64,000 nt of DNA. Origin: Candidatus Lambdaproteobacteria bacterium RIFOXYD2_FULL_56_26. Its GTDB lineage: Bacteria; SAR324; XYD2-FULL-50-16. Below are positions 51,875 to 62,325 of the stretch, in pieces (position 1 is the stretch's first letter; each line of letters begins with the position of its first letter). The DNA is taken from positions 6,722-70,721 of the forward strand of contig MFNF01000061.1 of NCBI GenBank assembly GCA_001783715.1. The letters run 5' to 3'. The notes below the pieces were generated by a model. That model did no database searches. It was given only the letters and a program-made list of their open reading frames with translations, and was not told the origin of the DNA. The position numbers were made by a program, and so were the translations under genes.

Positions 51875-52779
51875 AGGTCGGTTTGGGTGGCGAAGATCTG
51901 TGACAAAGCCCCGTTGATTTCAGGGTAGCTAAAAACAAAACCGGATTCCAACAATTTATGGGGCAATACCTTTTGGCTGCCCAAGACCATCTCGGCCCGT
52001 TCCCCCAGGATCAGCCGGACCAAAAATGCGGGGACAAACAAAAAACTTGGCTTTTTGAGGCTTCGGCCCAAGGCCTGGGCAAACCCCTTGGCCCGGATCG
52101 GGTTGGGGGCGGTTAAGTTAAAGGGGCCTGACAGACTGGGGTCTCGGCTCAGAAGCTCCAGCGCTCCCAAATGGTCAAACAGATGGATCCAACTCATCCA
52201 CTGCCTGCCGTTGCCCAAGGGGCCGCCGACATAGGCCATAAACGGGGGGACCATCTTTTGGAGGATTCCGCCCTTGGGACCCAGCACCAACCCGGTCCGA
52301 GCCAAGACCACCCGGACCCCCAAAGCTTGGGCCGCCAAAGCTTCGGCTTCCCAAGCGGCACACAATTGGGCCAAAAAACCGGTCCCGGCTGGGTGGGGTT
52401 CGGTCATTTCCTCTTCCGCATCAAAGGGATAAAACCCAATGGCCGAGCCCTGGACCAGGGTTTGGGGCTTGACCTCTTGGGCTCCCATCCAGGTCACTAA
52501 CCTTTTTGTTAGTCCCACCCGGGATTCCAAAATTAACGCCTTTTGTTCCTCGGTCCAGGGTTTGTCCACGATCGGTGCCCCGGCCAGATTAAAAACCCTG
52601 TCGATTGGCCCTGAGATTTGGCTTAGCTCGGTCACAAATTCAACGGAATCCCCAAACAGTGCTTTGGCTTGGGAAAGGCTTCTGACCAGACAAAGGGGCT
52701 TTTGGGACCGACTCAAACGTCGGGTCAATTCTTGGCCGATAAAGCCGGTTGCGCCTAGAATCAGGGTTCGTGGTTTCAT
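51871..52779 (-). CDS. TIGR01777/YfcH-like NAD-dependent epimerase
   Basis: GATGFIG; NLAGAPI; SAIGFY; GNGRQWMSWIH. Confidence 0.9.
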   Translation of the reverse strand: MKPRTLILGATGFIGQELTRRLSRSQKPLCLVRSLSQAKALFGDSVEFVTELSQISGPIDRVFNLAGAPIVDKPWTEEQKALILESRVGLTKRLVTWMGAQEVKPQTLVQGSAIGFYPFDAEEEMTEPHPAGTGFLAQLCAAWEAEALAAQALGVRVVLARTGLVLGPKGGILQKMVPPFMAYVGGPLGNGRQWMSWIHLFDHLGALELLSRDPSLSGPFNLTAPNPIRAKGFAQALGRSLKKPSFLFVPAFLVRLILGERAEMVLGSQKVLPHKLLESGFVFSYPEINGALSQIFATQTDL

Positions 52780-53038
52780 GGACACCTCAAGTTCCCCTAA
52801 ACTGGTAGCTTGAACCCCCTTTGTCAATAAGCCCCCCTGCAAACGGCATGATTCTCTCTTTCAATGGAACAACTTAGGGAAAACGCCCTATTTGCAAGGG
52901 GCCATTGTTTCGGTAAGCAATGGCCATGTTCTCCAAGGGTTGCAAGGCGAAGAGAGCACCCCCCGGCCTTGGGTCAAGGTCGGGGGCAAATTCACCGCCC
53001 CAAGGACTTAAACCAACCGCAAAAACAGGGAAGAAAAG

Positions 53039-53332
53039 ATGAGCAAAAATATCACGAAGGCCGACCTGATCGCCGCCGCCGCCAAGGAAGCAGGGACCAC
53101 CAAAGCGGCCACCGAGAAGGTGATCAACGCCTTGGTTGACGCAGTTGAAGTCGCACTGGTCGGTGGCCGGTCCGTCACCTTGGTCGGCTTCGGAACTTTT
53201 AGTATCGGCAAACGCCAAGCCCGCAAAGGCCGTAATCCGCAAACCAAAAAAGAGATCCGTATTCCCGCTGCAACGGTCGCCAAATTTAAGCCCGGCAAGT
53301 TGCTCAAAGAAGCAGTGAACAAGCACAAGTAA
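53039..53332 (+). CDS. hup: HU DNA-binding protein (paralog 2)
   Basis: TKADLI; VTLVGFGTF; GRNPQT; KFKPGK. Confidence 0.95.
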   Translation: MSKNITKADLIAAAAKEAGTTKAATEKVINALVDAVEVALVGGRSVTLVGFGTFSIGKRQARKGRNPQTKKEIRIPAATVAKFKPGKLLKEAVNKHK

Positions 53333-53335
53333 CCG

Positions 53336-54028
53336 ATGGAAACCGCTTCTTTGGAGCGGTTTTACCGCCAGCTCTTGGAGACCTACGGACCCCAAGGCTG
53401 GTGGCCTCTTTACCTCAGTGCTCCTCCCCCCGCCTACCTCAAGACCCCCAACCTTCGGCCTGAAAACGACCGGCAACGGCTGGAGATTGTCTTGGGCGCA
53501 GTGTTAACCCAAAACACCGCCTGGACCAACGTGACCACCGCTTTGGCCCGCCTGGGGCAGGCCGGGCTTTTGGGTCTTGAGGAACTGCTGGCCGTCCCGG
53601 TGGAGGAACTGGCCCAGGTGATTCGGCCCGCCGGGTACTTCAACCAAAAGGCCATTTACCTCAAGGAGCTGGCCTGGTTTTTTACCCAACATCCCTTTGA
53701 CTCCCTGACCCAGCTGGACCGGTTTGAAGCCCGGTTGCGGCTCCTGTCGGTCAAGGGTGTGGGCGAGGAAACCGCCGACTGCATCCTCCTTTATGCCTTA
53801 GGCCAACCTTGTTTTGTGATTGATGCCTATACCCGGAGAATCTTGTTGGCCCTGGGGCTCGCCCAAGGCAAAGAGCCCTACCGGCTTTTGGCCCAAGGGT
53901 TTGAAGAGGCTCTCCCCTTGGATTTTCGGCTCTTCCAGGAGTACCACGGACTCTTGGTAGCCCACGGAAAGGCCTATTATTCAAAAAAACCCTACCCCAA
54001 GCTTGATCCGTTGGCCAAGGGCAGGTAG
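53336..54028 (+). CDS. Endonuclease III-related HhH-GPD glycosylase
   Basis: GPQGWWP; GAVLTQNTAW; KGVGEETAD; VIDAYTRR. Confidence 0.88.
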   Translation: METASLERFYRQLLETYGPQGWWPLYLSAPPPAYLKTPNLRPENDRQRLEIVLGAVLTQNTAWTNVTTALARLGQAGLLGLEELLAVPVEELAQVIRPAGYFNQKAIYLKELAWFFTQHPFDSLTQLDRFEARLRLLSVKGVGEETADCILLYALGQPCFVIDAYTRRILLALGLAQGKEPYRLLAQGFEEALPLDFRLFQEYHGLLVAHGKAYYSKKPYPKLDPLAKGR

Positions 54029-54057
54029 AGTGTCGCCAAAGACCCTAAAGGAGCCCT

Positions 54058-56667
54058 ATGAGCCTGAACCTAGAACGGTTCACCCGTCCCGCTGAAGAAG
54101 CGATTTACTTGGCCCACCGGATTGTCTCGGAAAACCGACAACAAAAGATGGAGGCGGAACACCTGCTTTTATCGCTGCTGCGGCTCGGTGAAGGGGGGCT
54201 CAACGAAATTTTGGGCCAGCTCAAACTGGACAAAAAAGCCCTGGAAGAAGAGCTGCAAAGGTACTTGGAAAAACTGGACCCGGCCACCAGTCAAGGCAAG
54301 GATGTTTACCTCTCTTATTCCTGCGAGCAATGTATCCGCAAGGCCGAGTACGAGGCCGACCGGATGCGGGACGAATTCCTGGGTCCCGAACATTTGGTCC
54401 TGGGCATCCTGGCCAACACCGGCACCGAAGCCTCGACCATCCTGCGGGGCCAAGGGCTCGACCTCAAAAGCCTGACCAAAACCATCGAAGCCTTCCGGGG
54501 CGGCAAGCGGATCACCAGCCGGGGCGGCAACCCGGCGGAGCTGGAAAATGTCAACCTCTACTGCCGGGACTTTGTGGCCCTAGCTCGGGAAAACAAGTTT
54601 GACCCGGTGATTGGCCGGGACGAGGAGGTCCGCAGGGTGATCCAGGTGTTGTCCAGACGGAGCAAAAACAACCCGGTCCTGATCGGCGAGCCAGGGGTCG
54701 GCAAGACGGCAATCATCGAAGGCCTAGCCCAGCGAATCTACCAAGGGGATGTGCCTGAAAACATGAAAAACGCCAGTCTGATGGCCCTCGACTTGGCGGC
54801 TATGGTAGCAGGGGCCAAGTACCGTGGGGAGTTTGAAGACCGGCTCAAGAGCCTGCTCCGGGAGATCGAAACCGCCGGGCGGCACATCATCCTTTTTATC
54901 GACGAACTGCACACTCTGGTGGGGGCGGGGGCCTCCGAAGGGGCTCTGGATGCCAGCAACATGCTCAAACCGGCCTTGGCCCGTGGGGTCTTGCGTTGTG
55001 TCGGGGCAACTACCATCAATGAATTCAAAAAATACATCGAAAAGGACCCGGCCCTGGAACGGCGGTTCCAGCAGGTCCTGGTCAAGGAACCAACGGTAGA
55101 GGCTTGCATCGGCATCTTGCGAGGCCTCAAAGGCAAATACGAGGTCCACCACGGGGTGCGGATCAAGGATTCGGCCATTCTCGCTTCGGCCAAACTGGCG
55201 GCCAGGTACATCCCGGACCGTTACCTGCCCGACAAGGCCATTGACCTGATTGACGAGGCGGCCAGCAAGGTGCGCATTGAGATCGACTCCATGCCCACAG
55301 TGATCGACCAAGCGGAACGCAAGGCCTTGGGCCTAGAGATCGAACGGGCGGCCCTCTCCAAGGAAGAGGACTCTGAGTCCCGGCAGCGAACCAAGGAACT
55401 GGACCAGGAGATCCTGCGGTACCGGAAACAGGCAGAGGAGCTGAAGTCCCAATGGCGGTCCGAACGGGAGTTGATCAGCAAGATCAGGGCGCTCAAAGAA
55501 GAGATCGAACGGACCTTACAAGAAGAACTGGAAGCCCAACGGGCGGGGAACCTGGAGTTGGCCGCCAAACTCAAGTACGGCACCCAGGACGCTTTGCAAC
55601 GGGAATTGGCCCAGGCCAACAAGTTCCTGACCGATTCGGACCAAGGCCGTCTGCTCAAAGAGGAAATCGACGAAGAGGACATCGCCCAGATCGTCAGCAA
55701 ATGGACCGGCATCCCGGTTTCCCGGATGATGATGGACGAACAGGTCAAACTGCTTAACATGGAGCGGGCGCTTTCCCAAGGGGTGATCGGCCAAAAGCGG
55801 GCGCTCTTGGCGGTCAGCAACGCCATCAGAAGGGCAAGGACCGGCATCCAAGACCCCAACCGCCCCTTGGGCAGCTTTATCTTCATGGGGCCAACCGGGG
55901 TGGGGAAAACCGAGTTGGCCAAAAAGCTGGCGGCCTTTTTGTTTGACGATGAAAAAGCCATGATCCGCTTGGACATGAGCGAATACATGGAAAAACACTC
56001 GGTCAGCCGTCTGGTCGGGGCCCCTCCAGGGTACACCGGCTATGACGAGGGGGGCATCCTGACCGAGGCGGTCCACCGCAAACCCTATTCGGTGCTGTTG
56101 TTTGACGAAGTGGAGAAGGGGCACCCGGAGATCTTTAACGTCCTGCTCCAGATCTTGGACGAAGGGATCTTGACCGACTCTCGAGGCATCAAGGTGGACT
56201 TCAAGAACACCATCGTGATCCTGACCACCAACCTGGGCAGCGAGGTGATCCTAAAAACCTTCCAGGAGCAAAAGAAGGTCCCGCCGTTGCTGGCCCGAAA
56301 AATCCTCTTGGGCCACTTCCGGCCCGAACTGCTCAACCGGGTGGACGAGGTGATCGTCTTTGAACCCTTGACCTTGGAGTCCATCGAAAAATTGGTGGAG
56401 TTGCAGGTAGGCAAACTGAGCGACCGCCTGGAAGCGGGGGGAGGCACCCAGCTCAAGGTCAGCCCCGAAGCCCAGAAATTCCTGGCCCAACGGGGCTTCG
56501 ACCTGGAGTTTGGAGCCCGGCCACTCAAGCGGCTCTTGCAACGGGAACTGGAAGATGTGCTGGCCTACAAGATTTTAGACGGCACCATCCACCCCGGCGA
56601 CCAAATCGAAGTCCGCCTGAACGCCGACCAACTTACCTTCCACCGAGTCAAATCGGCGGAGGGGTAG
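54058..56667 (+). CDS. clpB: Chaperone ClpB
   Basis: Two AAA modules ([16 protein letters not shown]) with a long coiled-coil middle domain. Confidence 0.95.
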   Translation: MSLNLERFTRPAEEAIYLAHRIVSENRQQKMEAEHLLLSLLRLGEGGLNEILGQLKLDKKALEEELQRYLEKLDPATSQGKDVYLSYSCEQCIRKAEYEADRMRDEFLGPEHLVLGILANTGTEASTILRGQGLDLKSLTKTIEAFRGGKRITSRGGNPAELENVNLYCRDFVALARENKFDPVIGRDEEVRRVIQVLSRRSKNNPVLIGEPGVGKTAIIEGLAQRIYQGDVPENMKNASLMALDLAAMVAGAKYRGEFEDRLKSLLREIETAGRHIILFIDELHTLVGAGASEGALDASNMLKPALARGVLRCVGATTINEFKKYIEKDPALERRFQQVLVKEPTVEACIGILRGLKGKYEVHHGVRIKDSAILASAKLAARYIPDRYLPDKAIDLIDEAASKVRIEIDSMPTVIDQAERKALGLEIERAALSKEEDSESRQRTKELDQEILRYRKQAEELKSQWRSERELISKIRALKEEIERTLQEELEAQRAGNLELAAKLKYGTQDALQRELAQANKFLTDSDQGRLLKEEIDEEDIAQIVSKWTGIPVSRMMMDEQVKLLNMERALSQGVIGQKRALLAVSNAIRRARTGIQDPNRPLGSFIFMGPTGVGKTELAKKLAAFLFDDEKAMIRLDMSEYMEKHSVSRLVGAPPGYTGYDEGGILTEAVHRKPYSVLLFDEVEKGHPEIFNVLLQILDEGILTDSRGIKVDFKNTIVILTTNLGSEVILKTFQEQKKVPPLLARKILLGHFRPELLNRVDEVIVFEPLTLESIEKLVELQVGKLSDRLEAGGGTQLKVSPEAQKFLAQRGFDLEFGARPLKRLLQRELEDVLAYKILDGTIHPGDQIEVRLNADQLTFHRVKSAEG

Positions 56668-56822
56668 CGTTCCTATTCAAATTTAATGTCAATTGGATAC
56701 AATATTTATGCGGTCAAGCGCATCTTGTGGATCGAAGCCAGGAGGGGTGGGCTTGAAGTCCTTACTCTCCCTCTGCAGGCTGTACTCCTTGCTTTGAAAC
56801 TCCCGCAAAGATTTTAGATCAA

Positions 56823-57681
56823 GTTTCTGTTGGCGCTGCAAGGTCATATCCTGCATAGAGCCAATTTCATAGCTGCTAGGAGGTTTTCTATGACGAGAAC
56901 CTTCGCTGAGAACCAGTGGGAAAAATGTATGCGGTTTTGTCCCCGGACCCTCGTGCCTACGCAGGCCACGAAGCGGACTGCCGATGTTTTCTTAGAAGGG
57001 GTCTTGTGGCTGGCCCTCAGCGAGGGCAATGGCGGCTACTACCTGAAAAATATGGCAAATGGAACAGCGTTTACAAACCGGTGGCAAGCCCACGGGGTTT
57101 TTGAGCGGCTCTTCTCCCAATTCAACTCCGAGGCGGATCTGGAGAACCTGCGGATCGACAGTACGGTGCTGCGGGCTCATCCTTGCTCCGCCGGGGCTTT
57201 AAAAAAGTAGCCCACCCCAAAAAGCTCCGCTTTCCGGGGACCCCGGCGGTGGACAGTCTGCCCATGCGTTAGGCCGGCTTCACCACTAAGGTTCATATCG
57301 CCGTGGACGGACTGGGAAACCCTTTACGCTTTATCCTAACCGGTGGGCAAGTGCATGATGTAACGCAAGCTTGTTCGCTGGTTGAGGGATTCAAGGCCCA
57401 GGCTGTACTGGTGGACAAAGGGTATGCATCCTTTGAGTTTAGGCGACAAATCGAAGAGTAGGGGATGCTGCCGGTGATTCCCCCCCAAAAACCAACCAAA
57501 GGGAACCTTGGAAAACCGATTTTGTGCGTTACAAAGAGCGGCATTTTGTGGAGTGCTTCATCAATAAAATAAAACACTTCCGCAGGGTCTTTTCAAGATT
57601 CGAGAAGCTGGCAGACCGATACTTGGCCGTCCTCTACTTCGTCGGGACCCTCATCTGGCTCCGATGAATGTCAACAGAACC
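56823..57681 (+). mobile_element. Decayed IS5-family (IS427-like, two-ORF) insertion sequence
   Basis: orfA from 56890 (WRLLPEKYGKWNSVY, IDSTVLRAH..AGALKK) ending at an A6G slippery site; orfB TKVHIAVDGLGNP...DKGY...VECFINKIKHFRR with internal stop and frameshifts; imperfect IRs GTTTCTGTTGGCG / TGTCAACAGAACC. Confidence 0.88.
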
Positions 57682-58619
57682 TAAAAGGAAAAACCCACCG
57701 AAAGCAGCGGGAGTTTTCGGGCTTCTTCCTGATCCTCGCTGATTTGAAGCAGGGTCAGGTTATACAAAATGTCAAACCAGGTATGTAGGGCCATGGCGCT
57801 AACCAGATCGGTCTTGCCGATACTGGGCTGATAAACATAGCCCTGGTAGGCACCCAGCAAAAAGGCACCAGCCGGATTAGCCGTGGGCGCACTGCTGTAG
57901 TGAAGAGCCCCGAATAGGGCCGCCGCTGACCAGATGGCCGTATGGCGCGCTGATTCGCTACCCCACCCCGAATTGGACAGAGATTCAAAAATACTTTTCT
58001 GAAGGCTCCCACGGAACATGGCTTCCTCACCAATCCCCACGGGGTAGAACATTAGAGGGGTTTGGCGGCGCTGCTTCTCGGGAGTGAAGCCGCCGTAATA
58101 TTCGTCGCGGATCACCACTTGCCGCTGTACGGCCCCGCTTTGCAAAAAGGCGTAGGTAGCGCCGATACCGAGCCAAAACATCCAATTGCCTCCGAATTGG
58201 TCGATGCGGAGTGGAGCAAGAGCGGCCTGCCAGGTTTCGGGATTTGGTTTGCAATCATGGGCGTTCAAATCCCAAAAGGAAAAGAAACCCAAATTGAGCT
58301 GCCAAGTGAAGGCCATGTATTCGTCCCAGGTCTGCCGGTTCCAGCGGCGAATCAGTTCGATCTTTCCACTGGTGCTTTCCTCTGCGGGAATGATTTCAAA
58401 GCGCTCGTTCATAGGAATCAGGTCGCCGGAATGCCGCAGATCAGCAATCTGCTTGGTCAAGGCCCAGCGGCTCCCCCCAATGACCAGCGCCTTGCCATAC
58501 TGCCCGGAACCCACATACCCCGTCCCAGGCAAGAAAAATTCGCCCCACGCAGAAGTTGTACATCCCGCACGTAAAGTGGCAGGAAGCATCAGAGCCAATA
58601 AAAGAAGTACCGTTTTCAA
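57681..58619 (-). CDS. CPBP/Abi (CAAX protease-like) intramembrane metalloprotease domain protein
   Basis: GEEAMFRG; FGALH; ALHTWFD; signal-like N-terminus from TTG at 58619 (ORF is open from 58652). Confidence 0.8.
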   Translation of the reverse strand: MKTVLLLLALMLPATLRAGCTTSAWGEFFLPGTGYVGSGQYGKALVIGGSRWALTKQIADLRHSGDLIPMNERFEIIPAEESTSGKIELIRRWNRQTWDEYMAFTWQLNLGFFSFWDLNAHDCKPNPETWQAALAPLRIDQFGGNWMFWLGIGATYAFLQSGAVQRQVVIRDEYYGGFTPEKQRRQTPLMFYPVGIGEEAMFRGSLQKSIFESLSNSGWGSESARHTAIWSAAALFGALHYSSAPTANPAGAFLLGAYQGYVYQPSIGKTDLVSAMALHTWFDILYNLTLLQISEDQEEARKLPLLSVGFSF

Positions 58620-58638
58620 GTATTCCTGTAAGTTATTG

Positions 58639-58760
58639 GGTTCTGTTGACACTCACCGGAGCCAGAAGAGGGTTCCGATGAAGTAGAGGAAGGCCAAGTA
58701 CCGGTCCCCCAGCTTCTCGAATCTTGAAAAGACCCTGCGGAGGTGGTTTATTTTGTTAAA
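58639..58760 (-). mobile_element. Inverted fragment (right end) of the same IS5-family element
   Basis: Reverse complement closely matches about 57560-57681, including the IR GGTTCTGTTGACA. Confidence 0.9.
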
Positions 58761-59061
58761 GTCTTTGAAATGGTTATCCAAAAACGAATCACGGTTTACG
58801 ACGAAATGGCCAAGGAATTGAATCAAACCTATTGCTTTTTCTTACAGTGAGGAGATTGAAAAGAAGTAACCCCACTGGAGATCGTGGAAAAAACATAAGC
58901 TTGATCGAGTTTTTTATACCTATCGTTTGGACTGGAGCTAAGAGTTGAAACCTAGTTTAAGTGAATCAACTCGGTAAGGGCCAAGCCCTCGCTTCGGTGG
59001 GGGCTTATTTGGCGATTTGTCACATGTTTGAAGCCTTGAGCAAACGGCTTGTACGCACTCT

Positions 59062-59739
59062 TTACTCCGAAAAAAACTCCACCGACCGGATGAAGACGGC
59101 GGTGTTGCCTTCGGTTTCACGGGTGTCGAACTCGAAGCCGAAGCCGATGACCGGGGGCATGGGTTTGCCGAAACGGGCTTGGAAGCTTACGGGCAGTTCC
59201 ATTTCGGTGGTCAGATCCTGCCCGACCGGGGCCTTGCAGGGAAGGCAGATGTAGCGGCCAGCTTGGGTGTAATAGAGCCCTTTGTACCAAAGGCCCTGGG
59301 TGTCTTGGTCGTTGAGGAAGGCCCCCAGGAAGTAGGGGACCTTGGGCAGGATCAAAGAATCGCTTTCCTGCAATTCTCGGCCAAACGCCACCAAGAACAT
59401 GGCATTTTCCCGGCGCACTTCCTTGTTCCAGCTAGCCCCTTTGGGGTAGGCAGTGACACCCCAAACCACCTTGACCCGTTTGGCTCCGGGAATGTCCCTT
59501 CCCAAGGCCATTCCACCCAAAAGGTTGGGGGTCAACTCAATGTACAGGCGGCCTTGTTTGATCTTGGGCTTGATCTTCTCCCGGGCATCCTCTTGCAGGG
59601 CAAAGTTGTTCATGTGCAGGAACCGGGCTGCGTCCCCATCGGGGGCTTCGGAGAAGTCCAACTTAAAAAGCGATTCGGCCAAGAGGGGGGAAGCAAATAG
59701 GAACAGTCCGGCCAAAAGGGGCAAAAGCTTGTGTTTCAT
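59062..59739 (-). CDS. Exported hypothetical protein (DUF3047-like beta-sandwich)
   Basis: Signal peptide; ...FQARFGKPMPPVIGFGFEFDT... C-terminal pattern. Confidence 0.6.
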   Translation of the reverse strand: MKHKLLPLLAGLFLFASPLLAESLFKLDFSEAPDGDAARFLHMNNFALQEDAREKIKPKIKQGRLYIELTPNLLGGMALGRDIPGAKRVKVVWGVTAYPKGASWNKEVRRENAMFLVAFGRELQESDSLILPKVPYFLGAFLNDQDTQGLWYKGLYYTQAGRYICLPCKAPVGQDLTTEMELPVSFQARFGKPMPPVIGFGFEFDTRETEGNTAVFIRSVEFFSE

Positions 59740-59931
59740 GGTCTCTAGGGGCGCTAGGGGTCTAAAAAAGTAGGGCCGGTTTGCTTGGCCTGGACTCAGG
59801 TTAGCGGACCTGGGCGGCTTCTACAAGAGGGGAGCCGGTGGAGGGGATTACTGTTTTGCCGCTTTTCCCTTGTTTGGGTCGGCCCTACCCCTTATGATCA
59901 AAGAAAAAACGAACCCGCTCTCAGGCCCGGT

Positions 59932-60399
59932 ATGATCATCCGTAAACTTTTTAAGGCCGAGGCGGCCCACCGGGTCGCCCATTCCTACACCACAAGGTGC
60001 CAAGGGTTGCATGGCCATTCTTATCTGTTCGAGATTTTTTTGGCCGGCCAAACCCAGGACCAAGCCCAGATGTTGATGGATTTTAAATTGCTCAAAGACC
60101 AGTTCAACAACTTCATCGACAGCTTTGACCACACCTTGATGGTCTGGGACCAAGACCAGGAACTGGTGGAAATGGCTCCCAAGCTCAATGCCCGTTACAT
60201 GTTCCTGCCCTACAACCCCACGGCGGAGCAAATGGCCCGGCATATTTATGCCCACGCCCAAGAGATGGGCCTGCCCATTCACAGGGTCTTGGTCCATGAA
60301 ACCGCCACCGGCTACGCCGAGTTTGCCGGGGACGATCCAATCAAGATCGACCTCAAACGAGTGGTGTTTTCAGCCCAGATTTTGGCGGAGTACAAATAG
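59932..60399 (+). CDS. queD: 6-carboxytetrahydropterin synthase
   Basis: EAAH; CQGLHGHSY; MDF; FDH; NPTAE; ET. Confidence 0.9.
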   Translation: MIIRKLFKAEAAHRVAHSYTTRCQGLHGHSYLFEIFLAGQTQDQAQMLMDFKLLKDQFNNFIDSFDHTLMVWDQDQELVEMAPKLNARYMFLPYNPTAEQMARHIYAHAQEMGLPIHRVLVHETATGYAEFAGDDPIKIDLKRVVFSAQILAEYK

Positions 60400-60402
60400 C
60401 CC

Positions 60403-60990
60403 ATGTGGGTCAGCGAGGTCTTTTATTCCATCCAGGGCGAAGGTGCCCACATGGGCCGCCCAGCGGCGTTTGTTCGTTTTTTTGGTTGCGACTTGGATTG
60501 CGACTTTTGTGACGAACCATTGCACAAAACCCAAAAGCACCGGATGAGCCCCAAGGCAGTGGTGGAACAGCTTTTGGGCTGGCCGGTGCGGTTTGTGATC
60601 TTGACCGGCGGGGAGCCGAGCTTGGAGGACCGCAATCTTTTTATCGGCCTGCTCCATTCCCACGGGTTTGAAGTGGCGGTAGAAACCAACGGCTATGAGC
60701 CCGACAATATCGGCACCGCCGACTGGATCACCTACAGCCCCAAGGACTGGGACCACATCAAAACTGAACCCTTTTACGACGAACTCAAGCTAGTCTGCGA
60801 CATCCACAGCAACAAAGCCCAGGTGCTCCAGATTGCCGCCTTGTCCAAGAAGCCAGTGTTCCTCCAGCCCAAAGCCCAAACCGATCTTTTGGTCAGTCTC
60901 GCCAACGCCGAGTTCTGCCGCCAGCTGATCTTAGAACAGCCCAAGCTTAGACTTAGCCTAGGGTTGCAGCGGTTTTTGCGGTTCAAGTAA
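60403..60990 (+). CDS. queE: 7-carboxy-7-deazaguanine synthase (radical SAM)
   Basis: EVFYSIQGEG; CDLDCDFCD; TGGEP; ETNG; SPK. Confidence 0.92.
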   Translation: MWVSEVFYSIQGEGAHMGRPAAFVRFFGCDLDCDFCDEPLHKTQKHRMSPKAVVEQLLGWPVRFVILTGGEPSLEDRNLFIGLLHSHGFEVAVETNGYEPDNIGTADWITYSPKDWDHIKTEPFYDELKLVCDIHSNKAQVLQIAALSKKPVFLQPKAQTDLLVSLANAEFCRQLILEQPKLRLSLGLQRFLRFK

Positions 60991-61010
60991 AAGGGGTTTT
61001 GTAGGCTAGG

Positions 61011-61403
61011 TTAAACCAGCAATGCCCAACGGCCCCAGAGGGCCAAGCCCCAGAGGAAGAGGTAAAAGAGCAGGGAAAGCAGGACCAAGGCGCTGCCGAT
61101 GTCCTTGGCATCTTTGGCCAGGGGGTGAAAACCGGGGCTGGCGAGGTCCACCAGTCGCTCGATCCCGGTGTTGACCAATTCTACCAACAACAAAAAAAGC
61201 GCCCCAAAGCTCAGCCAAAGCTGCCAGAAGATCCCCAAAGGTAGGAACCAAACCAAGGCCGTAGCCGGAAGGAGCATCCAGAGTTCCTGGCGGAAGGCCG
61301 CTTCGGAGCGGTAAACCGAACCCAGGCCATCGAGGGAATAAAAAAAGGCTTTTACGATCCGGGTCAGGCCGGTGGCCTTGGGGGGAATCTGCCCTGGCTC
61401 CAT
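61011..61403 (-). CDS. dgkA: Prokaryotic diacylglycerol kinase
   Basis: EAAFRQE; ELVNTGIE; AKDIGSA. Confidence 0.9.
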   Translation of the reverse strand: MEPGQIPPKATGLTRIVKAFFYSLDGLGSVYRSEAAFRQELWMLLPATALVWFLPLGIFWQLWLSFGALFLLLVELVNTGIERLVDLASPGFHPLAKDAKDIGSALVLLSLLFYLFLWGLALWGRWALLV

Positions 61404-61546
61404 GGGTTTTACCTGAGAACAAGTCGTTGTGGCTGGAGCAAAATCCAAGCCTGGAGAACTGCGAGGAGACCCGCTTGGGGGCCTTTGGAAGAGGCCCAAA
61501 AAGGATTGCCCCCAAGACCCGCTTGGACCTGGAGTAAAGCTCCCTT

Positions 61547-62257
61547 TTACCGGACCTGGGTCCCGATCTTTTTGCCTTCCAAAAATTCCAACAGGTCGGT
61601 GTCCGAACCGATGTCCAGGACCGCCAGGGGAAGGTCGTTTTCCCGGCACAGGGCAATGGCCGAAGGGTCCATCACCTTGAGGTCCCTTTCCAAGACCTGG
61701 GAAAATGTCAGCTGGTCGTATTTGACCGCATCCTTGTGTTTTTTGGGGTCCTTGTCATACACCCCGTCCACCAAGGTGCCTTTGATCACCATGCTGGCCT
61801 CGATCTCCAAGGCCCGTAGAACAGCAGCGGTGTCGGTGGAAAAATAAGGGTTGCCGGTGCCACCGCCAAAAATCAGGATCTGCCCTTCGGCCAGCTTGCG
61901 GGTAGCAATCCGTTTTTCAAAGGCTTCGGCAACGGCGGGAATGTTGAGCCCGGTCATGACCCTGGCCACCTTGCCCCGGGCGATCAGACATTCCTTGAGG
62001 CAAAGGCTGTTCATCACCGTGGCCAACATACCGATGTGGTCGGCGGCTACTCGGTCCATCTTGACGGGTAGATCCCGAGCGCCACGGAAGAAGTTCCCGC
62101 CACCCAGCACCACCGCAACCTCAAAACCTCGGTCGTGGACCTGGCAAAGCTTGGCCGCCAACTGGTCGATCACCGCAAAGTCAAACCCTTGGCCTTTGGG
62201 GCCGCCCAGGTATTCGCCGCTCAACTTCAACAGGATTCTTCGGTGTTTTTCCAGCAT
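61547..62257 (-). CDS. pyrH: UMP kinase
   Basis: LLKLSGE; GGGNFFRG; GTGNPYFSTD; DGVYDKDP. Confidence 0.96.
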   Translation of the reverse strand: MLEKHRRILLKLSGEYLGGPKGQGFDFAVIDQLAAKLCQVHDRGFEVAVVLGGGNFFRGARDLPVKMDRVAADHIGMLATVMNSLCLKECLIARGKVARVMTGLNIPAVAEAFEKRIATRKLAEGQILIFGGGTGNPYFSTDTAAVLRALEIEASMVIKGTLVDGVYDKDPKKHKDAVKYDQLTFSQVLERDLKVMDPSAIALCRENDLPLAVLDIGSDTDLLEFLEGKKIGTQVR

Positions 62258-62285
62258 CAAGGAGCCGCCGATGGGGAGTGAAGAC

Positions 62286-62315
62286 AAAAAAAAAGGGATG
62301 TTGCCATCCCTTTTT
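62286..62315. terminator. Intrinsic terminator between tsf and pyrH
   Basis: A9-GGGATG TTGC CATCCC-T5. Confidence 0.7.
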
Positions 62316-62325
62316 AAACCGGAGT

